Below are positions 59,543-64,000 of a stretch of DNA of 64,000 bases, piece after piece. Under the pieces are notes generated by a model, which saw only the letters and a program-made list of their open reading frames with translations, was not told the DNA's origin and did not search any database. Origin of the DNA: Escherichia phage ST2; sequence record OM982647. One strand, given 5' to 3'. The position numbers and the translations under genes were made by a program. The stretch's first letter is position 1. Each line of letters begins with the position of its first letter.

Positions 59543-59746
59543 GATAGACCTCCATTTAAAGATAAGCCTATCATAACACGAGAGGAGGGAATGTAAACTA
59601 CTTTTTAAGCTTTCCTACTAAAGGTCCATCAGGACCAGGTTGTTCTAACATGAATAAGGATGCTTTAAAAAGCAATGTCAACCCTTTCACCATTCGATAC
59701 CATGTCTCAAAGTCTTTTTCCTTGATTTCTAGTAAGAATTTCTCTT

Positions 59747-59935
59747 TCATTTCCAAGGACTCCATGGTGGTGGGTCGTCATAATAAGAGGCAAGGTCTTT
59801 CAGGGCTTCGACAGGTAAACTAAAGCCGTGTCGTTGTATAATACTATCTAGTTCATCAACAAGTTCACTACGATGCACTTTAGGAGCCTTGACTTCAGGC
59901 TCATCAAACATACTCATCAAGTCCATATTATTCAC
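59747..59935 (-). CDS. Hypothetical protein
   Basis: 62-aa ORF. Confidence 0.4.
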   Translation of the reverse strand: MNNMDLMSMFDEPEVKAPKVHRSELVDELDSIIQRHGFSLPVEALKDLASYYDDPPPWSPWK

Positions 59936-60392
59936 CGAGATAAAAACTAGCAGGTTCAGAGAACGTTTCTAGTGCTACACCTTTTGTCTTAAAAAATTTC
60001 CAAATAGCTCGTTGCAAATGGATTAAATCTGCTAATGATGTAATAAAGTATTTTTTGGCAAAATACTTGTGGTCTCGCTTTTCAAACAAGTCTAAACGCT
60101 TTTCAGGATTCACATAAACGGCATTTTCCGTAGATTCATAACCTAAGTCCTTTATGCCTTCTTCAAGACTAAACGGAGAATTTTTAGAACGAGTAATAGC
60201 TCCAACTCGCTCTACACGAATTTTGTAACCTTTAGGAATCTGTAATTTGCAGAATTCTTCTACGATATATTGCGGATTATTTAGACTTTTGTTAATGAGA
60301 ATAGCTATTTCTAGTGGAGTCTTATCTTCCACTGGTATATGTTTAAATGACTTGGCTTCAAGCAAATACATTTTAAATAGCATAGCATCCAT
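59928..60392 (-). CDS. Hypothetical protein
   Basis: 154-aa ORF. Confidence 0.45.
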   Translation of the reverse strand: MDAMLFKMYLLEAKSFKHIPVEDKTPLEIAILINKSLNNPQYIVEEFCKLQIPKGYKIRVERVGAITRSKNSPFSLEEGIKDLGYESTENAVYVNPEKRLDLFEKRDHKYFAKKYFITSLADLIHLQRAIWKFFKTKGVALETFSEPASFYLGE

Positions 60393-60567
60393 TATAATTT
60401 CCTCGATGGTTCACCCATATAAAGTTTTACAATACGTTCGCCTTCATCTTCGACGAGCTTTTCTTCATGTTTCTGGAATTCTTTAGCCATATTCTCTTCA
60501 AGAACATCCAGCCAATCTTCTGGACCGACGCCATCATTCCAGCTTTTAAACCATTTTACTATTCTGT

Positions 60568-60768
60568 TCATTCACAGCTCCCTGAGCTTGAACCACAATC
60601 AGAATAACTTGACCCAGAATCACCAGGCCAAGACGATACGTATGAATGATTATAACTTGAAGAGTTTGAAGCATTAACATGTTTTGTTTTTGGACGAACA
60701 ACTTCTTCCATCATGCCGTCACCAATGTATTCCCAACTTTTTTCGTGTGTATCAGGAATAGGCATCAT
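60568..60768 (-). CDS. Hypothetical protein with Ser-rich C-terminus (start trimmed to ATG with SD GAAGGT)
   Basis: 66 aa. Confidence 0.4.
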   Translation of the reverse strand: MMPIPDTHEKSWEYIGDGMMEEVVRPKTKHVNASNSSSYNHSYVSSWPGDSGSSYSDCGSSSGSCE

Positions 60769-60781
60769 ACCTTCGCCAGGT

Positions 60782-61078
60782 TTAGCAGCAAACAACTTCT
60801 TCAGCATCGTAAGCATTAATTGTTCCTCGAACAAAACGAACATCGCCATCATCCCAACGAATTTCGGCATTAAATTTGACGTCTTCACCATCCATCATGA
60901 ATGAGTGTACGACTACATCATCATAATATCCAAGACCGTATTTCAACGAAACTTCTTGAGCAATCAAAGCACCTAATGTGTTATTAGGTTTAATCCAACG
61001 ATTTAACATATTGTTCTCCTCTTGAGTAAGTAAGAATATCTTAACACAGTTTTTAGTGGTTGTAAACTGTAGAAACAA
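60782..61078 (-). CDS. Hypothetical protein
   Basis: 98-aa ORF. Confidence 0.45.
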   Translation of the reverse strand: MFLQFTTTKNCVKIFLLTQEENNMLNRWIKPNNTLGALIAQEVSLKYGLGYYDDVVVHSFMMDGEDVKFNAEIRWDDGDVRFVRGTINAYDAEEVVCC

Positions 61079-61084
61079 AAAAAA

Positions 61085-61104
61085 AGGAATCCCGAAGGAT
61101 TCCT
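61085..61104 (-). terminator. UUCG-tetraloop intrinsic terminator after soc
   Basis: AGGAATCC-CGAA-GGATTCCT then U10. Confidence 0.65.
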
Positions 61105-61112
61105 TAAATTAT

Positions 61113-61349
61113 TTAACCGCTTACTGGTGTAGGGGTAAACATTGCAGCATTCTTAGTTTTCCAAGTTGCTGCATCAGAAACGACATCAGAATAAGCTGCC
61201 TTTTCTGACGGAAAGATTTGATAATGAGAATCTGCAATCCGATGTTCGTTTGAATAAATCTCAAACGGTACAGAAACTTCCATACCTTTAACTTCTTTGC
61301 CTTCACCAGCCGGACGTGTAAAGGTTTTGATATTAACGTAACCACCCAT
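61113..61349 (-). CDS. soc: Small outer capsid protein
   Basis: 78 aa; GYVNIKTF...HYQIFPSEKAAYS as T4 Soc. Confidence 0.85.
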   Translation of the reverse strand: MGGYVNIKTFTRPAGEGKEVKGMEVSVPFEIYSNEHRIADSHYQIFPSEKAAYSDVVSDAATWKTKNAAMFTPTPVSG

Positions 61350-61380
61350 AATTAACTCCTTTGTTGTTTAATTACAGGTG

Positions 61381-61388
61381 TATTTATA
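61381..61388 (-). promoter_or_regulatory. Late promoter TATAAATA for soc
   Basis: Exact TATAAATA on minus strand 32 nt upstream of soc ATG. Confidence 0.6.
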
Positions 61389-61394
61389 ACTTAA

Positions 61395-61916
61395 TCAGTA
61401 ACCATTATCCTGACGTTCAAAGTTGTGTTGGTTTTTCAAGTAGTAAAGTTTAAAGATTTCTTCAGCAGAAAGACCCAGACCTTGGAACATATTTAGAACG
61501 AAATGCAGAATATCAATCATTTCAAATTTAATTTCAAGTTGGTCTTCAGGAGACAGTTCATCGATACGACGATTTCGATATTCAGCATGTTGTGCTTTCC
61601 ATGGCTTCCAAACACTGCTAGCGGCTTTCTCACCATTGCTCATACCGCCAAGTGAAGTCAACAGTTCACGGAATTCATCATCAATATAATCTTTCTGATT
61701 ACGCAGCCAATCAACAACATCGCCAGCAGTGGCCAATTCATCAGGATGTTTGTTATGTTCAGGCTTGTCATTTGCCAGACGAACCTGTAAAGATTTCTGC
61801 ATATCAAGCATTACCTGCAGTGGGTCTTTATCTTCGTGAATCAGAGCATTAAAATAAGCTTCTTCTGCTTTATCAACACCAGAAATAAGTTGTGAACATT
61901 CGTTAAAGTGTGCCAT
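61395..61916 (-). CDS. 56: dCTPase / dCTP pyrophosphatase
   Basis: MAHFNEC... start with SD AAGGA; ...PLQVMLDMQ...IDDEFRELLTSLG...EIFKLYYLKN as T4 gp56. Confidence 0.85.
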   Translation of the reverse strand: MAHFNECSQLISGVDKAEEAYFNALIHEDKDPLQVMLDMQKSLQVRLANDKPEHNKHPDELATAGDVVDWLRNQKDYIDDEFRELLTSLGGMSNGEKAASSVWKPWKAQHAEYRNRRIDELSPEDQLEIKFEMIDILHFVLNMFQGLGLSAEEIFKLYYLKNQHNFERQDNGY

Positions 61917-62005
61917 TATTTTTCCTTTCAATTCAGTATAAGAGAGTTAATTCTAACATTAATTTTATAAAGCGTAATAAATAATAAGGTAACTAAGGAG
62001 ATATT

Positions 62006-62203
62006 ATGTTTAAACTTCCATCGTTAATCAACGCTATTAAAGGCAATAAAAAGAAAACTGCTATCGCCGCAATAGTTGTAGGTGGCATTATTTCATGGAA
62101 CTTCGGTATCGCACCATTATTAGTTGCTAATGGTATTATAGTTCCTTCTGTTCCATTGGATACTGTAGTTGATTTGGCCTTTGCTTTAGTTGGGCTTGTT
62201 TAA
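62006..62203 (+). CDS. Small hydrophobic protein on opposite strand, 65 aa
   Basis: Strong SD AAGGAG 7 nt before ATG; two hydrophobic segments; stop overlaps gene 61 stop. Confidence 0.45.
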   Translation: MFKLPSLINAIKGNKKKTAIAAIVVGGIISWNFGIAPLLVANGIIVPSVPLDTVVDLAFALVGLV

Positions 62204-63222
62204 ATCTTAGAATAATGAGATAATCTCATTTTAGCATGCAACCCACTTGAAATATTCTGTTTCATATATTCTAAAATTTCTTGTGGTGTTGCATTTTCTT
62301 TCATTACCATATCATTCACATCCTTTGATCTCCATGGAGCTCGATCCCAGAACATGACACGTTCGCCTGCATCAACTAATCGCTTCATACGAGCTATAGT
62401 ATCCGGATGCCTAGGTTCATTATCCATTACCCATACCCGACGTTCTTTAAATGGTACCACATCTAAATCTATTGAGCCGCCTGTAATAGCGATTGCGTTT
62501 GGTATGAATAAACTATCAATAGGACCTTCCATTACCCAGACGTCCCCTTCCTTAACACGTTCAACACCATAAATTTTTGTTGCAGACTCAAACGCTTTAA
62601 TAGTGATATATTTCTGAGGAGCATCTTTACGAAGTGCACGTCCTTGGAACGACTCGGCCTTCCCATCTTTATTAAAAATAGGAATCACTAAACGCGGTTC
62701 AGGAATCTCTTTCTTATACGTACCCGGTTGAATCTTGTTGACCAATTTGGGCCATTCTAATGTGAACCATAATCTGTTCCATGATTCTTTAGGAATACAC
62801 CGAGACTTAACATATTTCACAATAGGATGCTCTTCAGGCAACTTGTCTAGACGAGAACAAGACGGCAAAGAATTTATAGTCTTTTTCTCTGGCTCCGGTT
62901 TAGCTTCAGGAACCTTTTCAATCTTTGGTTCCATTCTAGCTTTTTCTTTACGAACTTCCATTAGATATTCGCGATAAAGCTCTTCATCATACTCTTTTAA
63001 GTATCCGGAAATTGTATTGTGGTATTGACAGTTATAGCAATGCACATTACCAGGAGTACCGCCATAATACCATCCGCGAGCTTTCATTGCATCTGTCTGG
63101 GAGTCGCCACAAACTGGACATCGAAATGTTAATTTAAATGTGCTTGAATTATTGATTTGTCTAAAACGAGGTAGGTGAGAAAACGCACGATAAGCAAATT
63201 CATTATCTATCCATTCAGCCAT
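62200..63222 (-). CDS. 61: DNA primase
   Basis: 340 aa from ATG with SD GGAGAA; WIDNEFAYRA...FRCPVCGDSQTD...HCYNCQYH zinc-binding domain as T4 gp61. Confidence 0.9.
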   Translation of the reverse strand: MAEWIDNEFAYRAFSHLPRFRQINNSSTFKLTFRCPVCGDSQTDAMKARGWYYGGTPGNVHCYNCQYHNTISGYLKEYDEELYREYLMEVRKEKARMEPKIEKVPEAKPEPEKKTINSLPSCSRLDKLPEEHPIVKYVKSRCIPKESWNRLWFTLEWPKLVNKIQPGTYKKEIPEPRLVIPIFNKDGKAESFQGRALRKDAPQKYITIKAFESATKIYGVERVKEGDVWVMEGPIDSLFIPNAIAITGGSIDLDVVPFKERRVWVMDNEPRHPDTIARMKRLVDAGERVMFWDRAPWRSKDVNDMVMKENATPQEILEYMKQNISSGLHAKMRLSHYSKI

Positions 63223-63262
63223 AGTATTCTCCAGAGGCCTTAAATTAATAAGGCCCATCTTA

Positions 63263-63757
63263 TCACAACTTATTAATATTTACTTTAATTCGCTTTCTTT
63301 TCTTGGAAGGAATTTGTTCGGGACCTTTATTTACGACTGCACCTGTAGTTGTTCCTGATGCAATAGCTTGAGGGCTGCCACCTGAATCGCCAGCAACCAT
63401 ATCCTCAAATAAAGGGAGCTCTTTAAATATTTCTTTCTGTTGTTCTTCCGTAATGTTATAGCGTGAAGCTACAGCACTCCAGGCAGACATCATTGAGGCC
63501 ATTCCATTAAGACCCGGAACAGTGCTCATCATTCGCTTCATTGAACGAACTGAAGCATGAAAAGGTGTATACGCCGCTTTTTCTTCGGGAGTAGAAGGAC
63601 GTTTAAGAACACTTCCACGTTCATCGATGATTTTGGCGTCGTATGCTTTCCATTCGGTAAAAGGTTTTTGCATTAGTCGAATAAACTTATATGCGTAAAC
63701 AGAATCTATTGCAGTGTTAATAATACCCATAGGTACCTCCTGAGTATATTTAATCAA
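63263..63757 (-). CDS. Hypothetical protein (61.1 position)
   Basis: 164-aa ORF. Confidence 0.45.
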   Translation of the reverse strand: MIKYTQEVPMGIINTAIDSVYAYKFIRLMQKPFTEWKAYDAKIIDERGSVLKRPSTPEEKAAYTPFHASVRSMKRMMSTVPGLNGMASMMSAWSAVASRYNITEEQQKEIFKELPLFEDMVAGDSGGSPQAIASGTTTGAVVNKGPEQIPSKKRKRIKVNINKL

Positions 63758-63947
63758 TTACAAAGATTGCTTTGTCACCATTTATATCTGTGACTTCATA
63801 CGTAGTGCCTTCATACTGTGGAATATTCCAAATTACACCATCATTAGCTTTTACGCTAATATGGCATTGGTGTTTTGAAACAACTTCATAATCTTCAAAA
63901 CTTGTAAAAACACTAATTTTAGAACCAGTGCAAATTGCAGTAGTCAT
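63750..63947 (-). CDS. Hypothetical protein
   Basis: 65-aa ORF. Confidence 0.4.
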   Translation of the reverse strand: MTTAICTGSKISVFTSFEDYEVVSKHQCHISVKANDGVIWNIPQYEGTTYEVTDINGDKAIFVID

Positions 63948-64000
63948 TTTAACCTCGATTCATAAATGCATTAAATATTTGGTCATCAACAGAAATTTCT

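Overview
This window reads as a contiguous segment of a T-even (T4-like, Tequatrovirus-type) myovirus genome, AT-rich and densely packed, colinear with the T4 map from gene 29 to gene 61. All assignments are from reading the translations and DNA motifs by eye plus remembered T4 sequences and gene order; no database search was run. Layout: (i) + strand late baseplate genes 29 (3' part), 48, 54; (ii) a long minus-strand early/middle block: alt, 30 (DNA ligase), 30.x ORFs, rIII, 31, cd, pseT, spanins, alc, rnlA, denA, nrdB, nrdA, td, frd, 32, 59, 33, dsbA, rnh; (iii) + strand late tail-fiber and lysis genes 34, 35, 36, 37, a T2-type gp38 adhesin, holin t; (iv) a second minus-strand early block: asiA, motA, 52, ndd, denB-like, rIIB, rIIA, unsplit 39, dexA, dda, srd-like, modA/modB-like pair, soc, 56, 61. 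Regulatory signals are recognisable: T4-type early promoters (GTTTAC -35, TATAAT-like -10), late promoters (TATAAATA), one MotA-box middle promoter, and a family of UUCG-tetraloop hairpins. No tRNA, rRNA, CRISPR array or transposon was seen. The main departures from T4 as I remember it, and the best candidates for something new, are: a full-length class I DAHP synthase between pseT and cd; a GT-B glycosyltransferase-like gene between rIIA.1 and 39; a NADAR-like ORF alongside three ADP-ribosyltransferases (Alt, ModA/ModB-like); a tandem paralog pair of unknown function; early promoters carrying inverted repeats; a duplicated promoter-leader module; and several small ORFs below the 60-aa cutoff of the supplied track. 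Many ORF-track starts use GTG/TTG and run through promoters; I trimmed them where an ATG with a Shine-Dalgarno was evident.
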